Source: Magallana gigas (lineage: Eukaryota). Taken from it: a DNA stretch of 64,000 nt. This document shows positions 53,454 to 64,000 of the stretch, piece by piece (within the stretch, counting starts at the first letter, position 1; the number at the start of each line of letters is the position of its first letter). The notes under the pieces were generated by a model. The model saw only the letters and a program-made list of their open reading frames with translations. It did not search any database and was not told the DNA's origin. The position numbers and the translations under genes were made by a program. The stretch lies in contig NC_088862.1 of the NCBI RefSeq assembly GCF_963853765.1, forward strand, positions 28,024,001 to 28,088,000. Reading direction: 5' to 3'.

Positions 53454-53758
53454 TGGTTGCGTTTGAAAATTTTACTGATCAGGATTTTCACAAGCATGTA
53501 AATGGCAGTCAAAAATATGTAAGCAAAATATTATATTTTTCAGACAGTATTATTGATATCATCAATATAGATACAGGATGCATTGGGTGAAAACAATGTT
53601 TTATTTCCTCTTTATTACAATTTTAATTAAAACTTGCAATTCCCCATATCGCTGTCATTCTATTTAATATTTAGAGGGGAATTCGTTGTATGTTAATACG
53701 ACTAGATAATTTAAACATATTTTTTAGAGTCTCGGGATCAGAAAATATAACAGAAAAA

Positions 53759-55511
53759 ATGAAAACAATCAATGTTGTAGTTATGTTGCATTGTGTGTTC
53801 ATGTATGAGTATGCATGCCTGGACCTGTGTAAAGGGTAGGTTAATTTGTACATTGTGTTACTAACGCAATTTCTTTTAATTTTTCAATTAAGTTTTACAA
53901 ATGTTGATTCTATAAATAGAGAAATGTACGAATATTGTAGAATAAATGGAACACTGTGTTGTTCTGGATACAAGTGGGACCAGGATCAAGCAATGTGTAC
54001 ACGTATGTTATACTACCATTTATACAGATTAATACCAATATATAAAACACATTATTAAATGAAATTGTTTTATAGTTACTTCTATCTTATACAATGTTCC
54101 TTAGGTTGTAACATAGGATATGTTGGAATAAACTGTGCCATAAGATGCCCTTTCCCTTATTATGGATTGGACTGCCAGTCAAAATGTAATTGTTTGGAGA
54201 AAATCTGTGATAATGTCAACGGATGTACACATTCAACAAAAGGTAGATGTGTATGTTTTATGTATGACTGATTGTACCAATCCAAATATATGTTAATTTA
54301 TCTTCTGACTGGGATTTTATAAACATACATAATTTCAAAATGTTACATTTCTAGGAAACATGCAATGAATGGAAACCAATAACGTTCAATTTTTTTTCGA
54401 TTTAGAGGTTTTGAAATCAAGATCATAATACATGTACCAAACAAGGTGTGTGTTTCTGTGCCAATTTTGGACTGGTTAATGAAAAAAAGGACAAAAACAC
54501 ATTTTATAATCTTTTCATTAATATTATATGGACAATTTCATAACACAGACATGATTGTTTTATTCAATACACCAATACATTGTTATCTATATCTTTCTTA
54601 CTGTTTTCATTTTTTTCCCCTAGAACATCCACCTTCTTCGTCTAGATACAGGGAGTTCAACTTCATAGCTATCATAACAACACAATATACCATTGGCAAT
54701 CATAAAAGTAAATTGAAATCCCTCTAACATCTAATGTAATCTTTATCTTGTATTGATATTGTTTTCTTCATATTTTGTTATTATTTTAGACGAAAGGGTT
54801 GGACTAACGTCTTAATAACAAAACAAACCTTTATCATAATATCAAAATCTTAATTGCAATCATAAAACGTATTTAGATAAACAAACATATGTTCGATAAA
54901 ATTAACACTTACTGATTAATAGTTTGTTTTTTTTTATTTGCAAAATTTGAAATAAAAAGGATTAAAAAAAGCACAGGAAAATAATCTCAAAATGTGTACA
55001 AGTTATACTTGAACAGATGTATATATAAACGTCTGATTTCACAGATTAAAATAAAAACAAGCATATTGTAAAAAAAGTTCTTTTTGAAAAAAAAAGAGTC
55101 CGGACGTAGCAGGTATGTTAACTTCTGTTCCCTTTATCTAGTAAGTATTTCTTATCAAAATATCCAACGACAATCAGAATTTTGTGTTTCGCATAAGATA
55201 CTATTACATAATTTTGGCCCATACTTTAGCATATTGTTAAACATGTTTTCTTGATTTGTATAACATTAAATGTTTAACATCAAATATACTGATGTAAGAT
55301 TTATTTTACAGAGAGTTTCAACGTAACCGTAGTTAAAGGCGGTGCAAAAGATTTACAGATGGATCTCAAAACCACGGAGACAGCACCTTATGAAGCAAAT
55401 AGTTTAATTTATCCAATAGTCGGACTTTCAGTGACAGCTGTTATAATAACTGTATTATACATATACACATGGAGAGTAGAGAAGCGTAGATTACACACTT
55501 ACTCAGTTTAA
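53759..55511 (+). CDS. Gene J: small EGF-like single-pass membrane protein (G-type)
   Basis: Exons 53759-53835, 53941-54002 (INGTLCCSGYKWDQDQAMCT), 54105-54242, 54624-54707, 55312-55511 (TM; tail VEKRRLHTYSV*). Confidence 0.86.
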
Positions 55512-56435
55512 TTTATGCAATGAAATTAAAGTTTGTACATGTATTGTGTTATAAATCCATTTATTTTTATGATGATGATTGACGCTAAAATTAGCTTATT
55601 GATCTTTCAGGCATAACTTTAAAATAAAGCATAATTCCTGTATTTTATTAATTTGAATTTCTATAATTAATTGTTTCTATATTGTGTTTTCTGTTGCAAT
55701 TGAATCACAAACCAAGGAGATGTTTTATCAAGAACGTAAATATTAGTAATTCTCACACGACCTATTGTAGCGGAACAGTTACGCAATCAGTTTAATAGTA
55801 ATAGAAATATCGTCCTTTAGCTACATATAGTACCAATATTTCCACAGAAGCGCGTGGTAGATAAAATTGCTATCATAAATCCATCCCATATCTTATATTG
55901 TTTTCCCTTGGACTGAAATGTCTCACTTTCATTGGTTTACACATAGCACTTGATTGCCTCATATATCTCTTTATTTGTTCGGTGAGAAATAATATTAGGC
56001 AATATGGCCGTCATTGGCCGACGCTTCGGTTACTCATTTTGACATTTCATAGAATTTAATACATAAACCGCCTGCCGTAAGTTCTTAAAGTGTTTGGAGT
56101 AGTTGCCCTTTGAAATTCTAAAAAATTAGAGTAGTTGCCCTAAGAATATTGACGTCACATTGTTTTGTCTGGAGCAGAACTTTGCTCAAAATTTGCTCAA
56201 ATCGCTGCAAAGGAAAGGGAGAAAATATTTAAAATCGAATAGCAACAAACCATTGTAAGTAAACATGGGTGAAGCAAAACAATTTAAAGAGTATTTGAAA
56301 AGTGAAATTGAAAATGTTGAAGAGTTTAAATGAGTAAGATTGAACGAGATATTAAGCATCTTGTGAATGGCTTTGCGAAGATTATCGCTATTTGTGAATA
56401 AATATGTCGCTTGATAGTCCTTTGGAAAACAAAAC

Positions 56436-56505
56436 ACTTATAAGGTTAGTTACTGACTCACTACGGACATATTTCCGTAGTGAGTCAGTAACTAACCTAA
56501 TAAGT
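56436..56505. repeat. Near-perfect 32-bp-arm palindrome
   Basis: acttataaggttagttactgactcactacgga / catatt / tccgtagtgagtcagtaactaacctaataagt; one mismatch. Confidence 0.9.
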
Positions 56506-57478
56506 AATAGTCAAAACCCTGATATACGTTTCATTTGTGAGGTCGTAAGTCTATAAAAGATTTATAGTACATTATACATGTACCAATTTTTGTACCATAT
56601 TGTAATTAAGATATTATTAGGTCATGAGTATTTACAAAACCAATTTTCAGATTTCAGAACTAATTACGGAATGTAGTCAACTAATTTAGATATTAATAAA
56701 AATTAATCGATATAAATTGATAAGTATAATGCATGTATTTGTTAACATATTGAAAACAATTTAACACATTTTAAAATAATGGATTGATTGATACATATGA
56801 CGTGCAAAGATTGATGCATGTCACTATCAACAATTCTTTACGTCAATATCCCGTTTTAAATACCAAGCCATATATTGACCATTTATCCGACTAAATCACT
56901 ACCGTGCCAAGAAAAACTAGCAGAAGAAGAGACTTCTAAATACCTATATACAAATCTAATGAACATTAAACATTTCTTCTTTCTAAGGTTAAGGCAGATG
57001 TTCGTGTATTTGTCGACATTGAAAATAGTAGATGGAATTTGGTTTTCGACTTTTTTTATACCTTAAACACAAATGTTCACAAGACTATAGACACCAGGCA
57101 AATTCATCAATTATATTTAAAACAATGCACGTTTTATGCTTATGTAGGTCATACTGTACTTATTTTTTTGGGTAGTAGGAAGGGAATTATATTTTTTACT
57201 ATTACATAATCTTGATTAAGCGAATCCTTAGTTCTTTTATAAATTGCAATTATCACGTTTGCTATCTATGAAATCTGGTGTAAATTATTATGATGTTGAT
57301 ATATTATAATCATTATCAATGAATACATCTATTTAACTGAATTCTCATTTCCTTATTTTGATAATAACAAAGTCATTTTTTTTAAATTGTATACAAGGAA
57401 ACGGACACATTAAATCAAAATAATTAAACCAATGCCTCAAGGAACTCAATCTTTTTGAAACCACAAGAAAAAGTTAAA

Positions 57479-58580
57479 ATGGAAACTTTATTGACGTTGT
57501 GCATTGCAACAGTGACAGTTCTGGGACTATTTGGAAATAACTCGACAAACAACTGTGATAGGTAGAAGTTATTAATTAAAACAAAAAATTCACGAAAACA
57601 TTTATAATATGTATATTTGTATATAATGTTGACTGTGTCATTATTGTAGCATAAATGGAACCAGATGTTGCTCTGGGTACATGTGGGATTCCTTGAAAGA
57701 ACAGTGCATAAGTAAGTGCCAATGCAATATGCATGTGATAATAATAAGTATCTTTAGTTATATATTACCATTTTATTCTATTCAAACACACACTTAATGA
57801 ACTTCTACGGGTTTTTTTCAGATTGTAAAGAAGGATATACAGGAATACACTGTTCAATTGCATGTCCTTTACCTTCATATGGACTGAACTGTCAGTCGAC
57901 ATGTAGTTGTACTGATGAAGACTGTAATTATGTCACCGGATGTAAATATCATGCTGGAGGTATCTATTAAAATGTTTTCATTGACAATCTTTTCATCTCA
58001 TTTGGTAATGTTTTCTTCCCAGAACAAATTTCTCTTTGTTCAATATCTTCAAAATGTTATTAACCTAATTATTGTTAGTGTACATTAACCTCGGCTCATT
58101 TGCTTAAAAAACAAACATATCATATTTTGACAATTTGAGTATGATATCATCATGATTATTTTGCACAGTCCGTGGTTGTTTTAGGTTGGTGTAGGCTTTG
58201 ACCAATCAATAAACAGGACGAGTAGATTTTAGATCTATCAAGGTTTTACTTTTTTTCATTACTATGAATTACAATAAGTTTCCGTAAGAAATAGAAGGGA
58301 TCACACTTGGACTTTAACAGCAGTTTGCTACTTATATCATACTTGCATTTGGGGTGAAAATATACCAAAACGTTGATGAATGGGATTACATTTTATGATG
58401 TATGGGACCTTCATACATCAATGCTGTAAAATTGTTCCCAGTCGTTAAAGGCCGAAGCCAACATTTCTGTCTAAAAGTCCAACAAATGTTATCTTCGTAC
58501 CCAGTTAATAATTGTAAAAAAGGATGGATATCGCTATTGATGTTACAACCCTTATTGTACTATGTAACTTTTCAGAACAC

Positions 58581-58673
<93 letters not shown>

Positions 58674-60037
58674 GTGTTACGAAAAAAATGAAGTCATTAA
58701 ACATTTATTAAGAGCGTGAAATTAAACTAAAGGACTATGTGGGGTATGGTCAAATATCTGCCCCCAATTTTAACCAATATCTAAATAGTATCGTTCTAAG
58801 ATCAAATCGTCATAAATAATTGTACAGTGGACGCCTATCTTTAATCTTGATTTAGTCATCATTGCTCATTCGCTGTTTTTCTATGACGTCACCCAAATGA
58901 CCTAATTCCCGCAAATTTTCAAACAAATGAAAATTTTCTCATTTTTGCTTTATATTTTGCATTCAGATATATAGAGCGCAGATCTGCTCAAGTACGATTT
59001 TAACATATGTTTATCTCCAGATAAATATACACCTTATGCTAAAAACCGGTACTTGAGCAAGTCGGAAAACCATCGGAAAACACCCACTTTTTGCTACAAA
59101 ACATCAATTTATCAAAATAAGGCATCTTCATGACGTCATTTCTACATTATGACGTCAGTGTTGTGATAACCTTTTACACCCTTATTTTCAATATGATTTC
59201 AACTATCTTCCTCCTTGTTTTTAAAGCTCGTTATGAAACTTTAATATTGGGGGGCAAAAAATGCATGATACCGCACATAGTCCTTTGTAATTTAAATAAT
59301 GACTCTACTATAAAATACGTAAACGTACTAGACACTCAATCTGAAATAAAGATTACAAAGAATATTTTCGTAAAATTCCACGCATTATTCGATGTGAAAT
59401 AAATCACGTACACAAAGAAATTAGCAGAAATGTTAGAAGAAAATATTCAATTTTTACAATACATTTTCATCATGTATGAAATCATGTTTTATTGATCGCA
59501 AATAATATACAGGTACCAGTTTTGATAGTTAAATGTAAAATACACTTTAACTTCTTACATTTTTATAGTTACGATTGAAAGGAAAAAGAGATCATCATTT
59601 TGCAAAGTTTCGTAAGTTAACTTAACAATACAATTGTCTAAAACAACACATGCTGCTTTTCTTTAATTCCAAACACTGTGACAAATAAAGTATGAAAGAG
59701 ACGCAAATAATGTAATGTAATGCTGGATTGTAATTTATTGAACCAGTCATGTTCTTTATAAAACAATGTCTATACAATATATGTAATGATAACAAAACCT
59801 AAATACAATTTTCCTTTCATTTTTGTAGATTTGTTATATCATACAACAGACAAATCATCAAGATTCAACAAATCAGTCTCCAATATTCCAAACATTACTC
59901 CAAAACGTGAACCATCTGCCAACAATCGTTTCTTTTTATTTTCAATGATTGTAGTTATTGCAGTGCTAATCATCATATTTGTTATTTTCCTTAACACTCA
60001 GCTATTTGAAAAGCGACGAGTTGTCGCTAATTTGTGA
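57479..60037 (+). CDS. Gene K: small EGF-like single-pass membrane protein
   Basis: Exons 57479-57561, 57650-57711 (INGTRCCSGYMWDSLKEQCI), 57822-57959, 59829-60037 (TM FLFSMIVVIAVLIIIFVIFL). Confidence 0.85.
58585..58668. repeat. (AG)n microsatellite (a shorter one lies at ~19287-19323)
   Basis: Direct read. Confidence 0.95.
58731..59284. mobile_element. MITE with AG...CT termini (Kolobok-like)
   Basis: TIR aggactatgtggggtat / ataccgcacatagtcct; the TTAA-like flanks are degenerate (ctaa / ttgt). Confidence 0.6.
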
Positions 60038-60784
60038 CCAACTATAATATTTTTATCTTCATAGTCAAGCTATTCCGTAATTTTAACTTACTTAACTTCA
60101 ATAACGTCCTACCCAGGGACGAGGGAGGAGAGATAATCGAGAAAAAATGGCACGTAGACTTGTAAATGACCATCAACCATGGATTATATTACTGTGGAAT
60201 CGTTAGAATTCATGGTGGCTCAGTTTTTGTTGTATTTGTGAATAGCCCTACTCAACGAACTTACATCTCCGAGGAAAACAAACTTTAAAAGAGTTTTTAG
60301 TTATCTTACTGAAACCAAAAACCAATGCATCCACGAAATAACATCGGATTCCTAAGGAATAACAAAAGAATCCACAATCCACGAATTTATCTCTCTCAAA
60401 CTACAAGGATACCACAGTCACTTGTTATGGATATAAAATCCCAAATTGGATATAAATTGAAAAGTGAAATTACATGCAATATTTTTTTTTTAGTTTTGCA
60501 AGAGAAGTCAATTCTGTCTATGATTAAATGCAATGTCACAACTTTAAGAAAATAAGTCTTGTTGTTGTAGCTTACTATCCGTAAATTGATACCTAAATAT
60601 AGGTATATAGCTATATATGTATATTTCAAACTTCTTGGTGATCAATTTGACAAACTTCTGGATTAAAAAAAACTAACTCATTGTCGACGCATTTGATTCG
60701 AGTTTATGCATATTTATTCTGGAAATAAGAAGATCAAAAAATTTATTTGTTTGCATTTATATTTCATAAAGGGTATAACATGTA

Positions 60785-61218
60785 TAATACCGATCAGACC
60801 CAATCTAACACCAGAGTAAACCCCAACTAAACCCCGGGTTTACTTTTAGGGTTTACTTTGGGTTTACTCTAGGTTTATTTTTTGAAAATTTGGGTCCACT
60901 CAGGGTTTACTTTGGGTTTAGTCGGGGTTTACTTTGGGTTTACTAGGATATTGCTTTTGAGGTCAACTGTACGCACTTAAGTGTGAAGCAGACCCGTCTT
61001 TTATGTAATCATCCTACTACCTGTAATTTCTGCCCCTTGTATACTCCGAATACACAGTTAGCGTCTGTTTAAGGGGTATACTTCTGACTGGGTGTACTCT
61101 CTGTTTCCACTCTGGGTTTACTTTGGGTTTACATTGGGTCCACTCTAGTAAACGCGGAGTAAACCCAGAAAGTAAACCAAGGGTTTACTTTCTGTTAAGT
61201 TGGGTCTGATCGGTACTG
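60785..61218. mobile_element. Tc1/mariner-like MITE, TA-flanked
   Basis: ta|taataccgatcagacccaa ... ttgggtctgatcggtactg|ta; many gggtttacttt repeats. Confidence 0.7.
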
Positions 61219-62244
61219 TATATCCACAACAGATAATTATATCCAATTTAAGAGATTGGTCGTAACCTTTTGATAACTTAATAATTTTTATCAATCAAAT
61301 ACATGTCTTTCTTTATCGCCTCTATCGAGGATAACATACAAGAACATGTATACGCTAACTCTATAAAAACTAGCACTTTTTAAAGATATGAAATATATGA
61401 AGGAAAACTATTCAGATTATTTTTTTTGGTCTTTTATTACATATATAGTATGCATTGTGTCTATGAATGTTACAAATCAAGTCTTATATTGTGTAATGCA
61501 CTTGCCTTCAGAAATATCATTGCCTACACAACAAGAATTACCAAATGAATATTGTCAGTGAAGTAAGTCTTCTTATACAAGATATAGTAAAGTTATGGAA
61601 TAAAGGACAGCATGCATATTTTTCACACTTGTAAGATATGCACACTATAGCTAGAAGGAATTATACATTTTTAAAAATATAATTATATCAAGCGAGTAGT
61701 TTTTACACGTATCACGTAGAACAGATGTTGGACGACTAACATCTAAATTTACCGCGGAAAATATAGCCCGGGATAACTTTGAAGTCAAACATAAACTTCT
61801 TTTTTTTGTACAAAAGGAGAATGGCACTGGGGCGTAGTAGATTTTTTGGTTCTTACCAAAGCTTGTGCAATACTCAAGTTGAGTCTTCAAAGTTTACAGA
61901 TCCGTTAATTACATGTACAGGACATGTGGTAAAAACGAACAATGTTCGACATCAAAAGTCCAAACAAAAAAGAAAAAATAAGAGCAGAGCAAACATGGAC
62001 CTCTAATTTAGGGGTAGGGTCAGGTGCCATGGAGGAGTGAGCAACTGTATGTTGTATGATGAAAAGGCCAGTCTTTTGGGGCTTAGCACTACAAGAGCTA
62101 GTAGGAATGCTACCATTGCAGCCATCATTTTTTTTTTCCTGAAGAATCTGTAGTTTAATCTCATTCTTTTATCCCACGCACTGGCTTTTAAGCCTGAGAT
62201 AAGTGGAATAGAAACAATCTTAGTATAACGGTCATGAAAATTTA

Positions 62245-62383
62245 NNNNNNNNNNNNNNNNNNNNNNNNNNNNNNNNNNNNNNNNNNNNNNNNNNNNNNNN
62301 NNNNNNNNNNNNNNNNNNNNNNNNNNNNNNNNNNNNNNNNNNNNNNNNNNNNNNNNNNNNNNNNNNNNNNNNNNNNNNNNNNN
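62245..62383. other. Assembly gap (N run)
   Basis: Direct read. Confidence 1.
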
Positions 62384-62634
62384 TTTAAACGGGGAAATGT
62401 AGTTTGGTTTCAAATATTAAAAATTGAAGGAAAAACCTAAAATATCAATAGTAATGAATCAAAATGTTTAAAAGGCATTTAATGGGTATTATGTTTTCCT
62501 TATCACGATACTTTATATTTTATAAACAACTGTACTCAATTATATGTATTAAGTTAAATAATATAAACATTTTTAATTTCATTCAAAATAAGAACAAGTC
62601 GTGTATTGTCTTTGCCATCGTTTGCGTTGAAATA

Positions 62635-63121
62635 ATGACAAAACATTTGCTTTGCTTTGTTTTGCTGGTTCAGATTTCTCTCTTTCAGTCTGAAATTTGT
62701 CTTGGGTAAGATTTTTCTTTGTTATTGTAATTGTCTTTTATAATTAAACGGATTTTTTTACTTATACGTTCAATATTAAAGTGAATCCGGAAAACATTGC
62801 TGTGTTGGATTTAGATGGAACGATACACAAAAGATATGTTTACGTAAGTATAATAATTTTTCTTTTTTTTTCTTCTTTAAATTATATTTGTTTTGGTTAA
62901 AAGTTATATTTAACGAATGAGTGTTTCATTCATTCGTTACTATTACAATGATGTTTTAACTAAACATTTTATTACATCACCAGCATGTGTTAGCGGATAT
63001 TATGGAATTAACTGTAGCTCGGATTGCATATTTCCTCTGTATGGAATGAACTGTATGTCAAACCGTAACTGCTCTGAGAACGACTGTGATCGTGTGTACG
63101 ATTGTTTAAAGTCTAATGAAG
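62635..63121 (+). CDS. Gene L (5' part; H-type paralog); TM exon not seen in the window
   Basis: Exons 62635-62705, 62782-62843 (CCVGFRWNDTQKICL), 62984-63121 (EGF with one Cys>Arg, MSNRNC). Confidence 0.78.
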
Positions 63122-63754
63122 GTATAAATTCCGTTTTTACTTTTCTCATTTGGTACAGAATATAAATCTTTGCATTTTACTTAAATTTACCTCACGTCTT
63201 AAAATTTCACTTTATAAAACATGATACTTGTCTTTGTCTGAAGTTTTAAAACAAAAACACTGACATCCGTGTATAATATATCTGCTGTTGATAACGCTTT
63301 GGCGTTTATTGCTGAAAATTAAAACTAGCTAACTTAGTGAGATGTGTATTTTTGCAATGATTGTTGCGTTCTTACACCGTATTAAACACAAAAGAAAACA
63401 CTTTCCTTTTTATACGTATAACTTAGGTTTTAAAAATCGTTTGGTCAAATACAAGCATCCATAAAAGACAAGTGCATTTGTAATTATTGTTGATCAGCAT
63501 CACAGAGGAAAAATATTACATTTTTTTTTTATAAATATGATAAACACCCTAATATCTACGACTACTGGCAATTCTAGGTTCAGTCTTTTAATATGTGCAA
63601 AGTCTATAACAATTGTATTATCTTAGCTTTATTTTCGACCGATAAAAAATACACACAAATTTAACATTTTTTCAGTTATGGCTAAATTCTTTAAGTTGAC
63701 AATAATTTAGATAAACAAAGCCTTCGGTTTGTTTACGTTATTTATGTCGTTTAA

Positions 63755-64000
63755 GGCCCTGTCACACCAACCGCGTCCCCGCGGCGTGTTTACGGCGTTG
63801 TAAAATTCATTGAATCGCTGTAGGATCGCAAGGAAAATTAAGAAAAAATGTACAGTTTTATTTGAAAAATTTACAAGTGGAGTTGTCACGGCGTCCTGAC
63901 GGCGACCGAGGCGTTCTTACGGAGCTCACACTGCGTGTAACTGCGTTTCCACGGAGTTCTACTTGGCGATTAACTGCCCTCTCACTGAGTCTCCGCCGCG
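63755..64000. mobile_element. Start of a GC-rich PIF/Harbinger-like non-autonomous element, running off the window
   Basis: taa|ggccctgtcacacc terminus with an abrupt shift to GC-rich sequence. The other end is not visible. Confidence 0.45.

Noticed and set aside
58402-58719. ORF with a long RE repeat (also 19151-19342)
   Set aside because: Translation of (AG)n microsatellites.
12627-62843. Assigning gene symbols such as MEGF10, drpr or ced-1
   Set aside because: Only one module type is shared; size and architecture differ, so orthology cannot be claimed.
412-63889. Most 60-120 aa ORFs in the supplied track
   Set aside because: AT-rich random frames, antisense shadows of the retroelement, or read-through across real short exons; no recognisable motifs.

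Overview
AT-rich, intron-containing animal genomic DNA, most likely oyster (Crassostrea/Magallana). That assignment is inferred from recalled similarity of a ~166-bp satellite with a Helentron-type 3' end, not from a search. The window is dominated by a head-to-tail + strand array of 12 small paralogous genes (my labels A-L) plus one relic exon. The ORF track misses them because their exons are short. The shared plan is: signal peptide exon, a CCxG[YF] exon, a 138-nt 8-Cys MEGF10/Draper/CED-1-type EGF-like exon, 0-1 Ser/Thr stalk exon, and a transmembrane exon with a very short tail (B and E carry two EGF+stalk pairs). C, E, G, H, I, J and K look intact. A, B, D and F carry lesions, L has lost one Cys, and A and L are cut by the window edges. 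The array is built from nested block duplications. One duplicate carries a ~6.3-kb - strand tyrosine-recombinase (DIRS/Ngaro-class) retrotransposon with gag, RT/RNase H and YR, plus an SGNH hydrolase ORF placed 5' of gag. The paralogous block gives its empty site. The rest is non-autonomous DNA elements, microsatellites and two N gaps. All gene models are manual reconstructions from splice signals and paralog comparison, with no transcript evidence.
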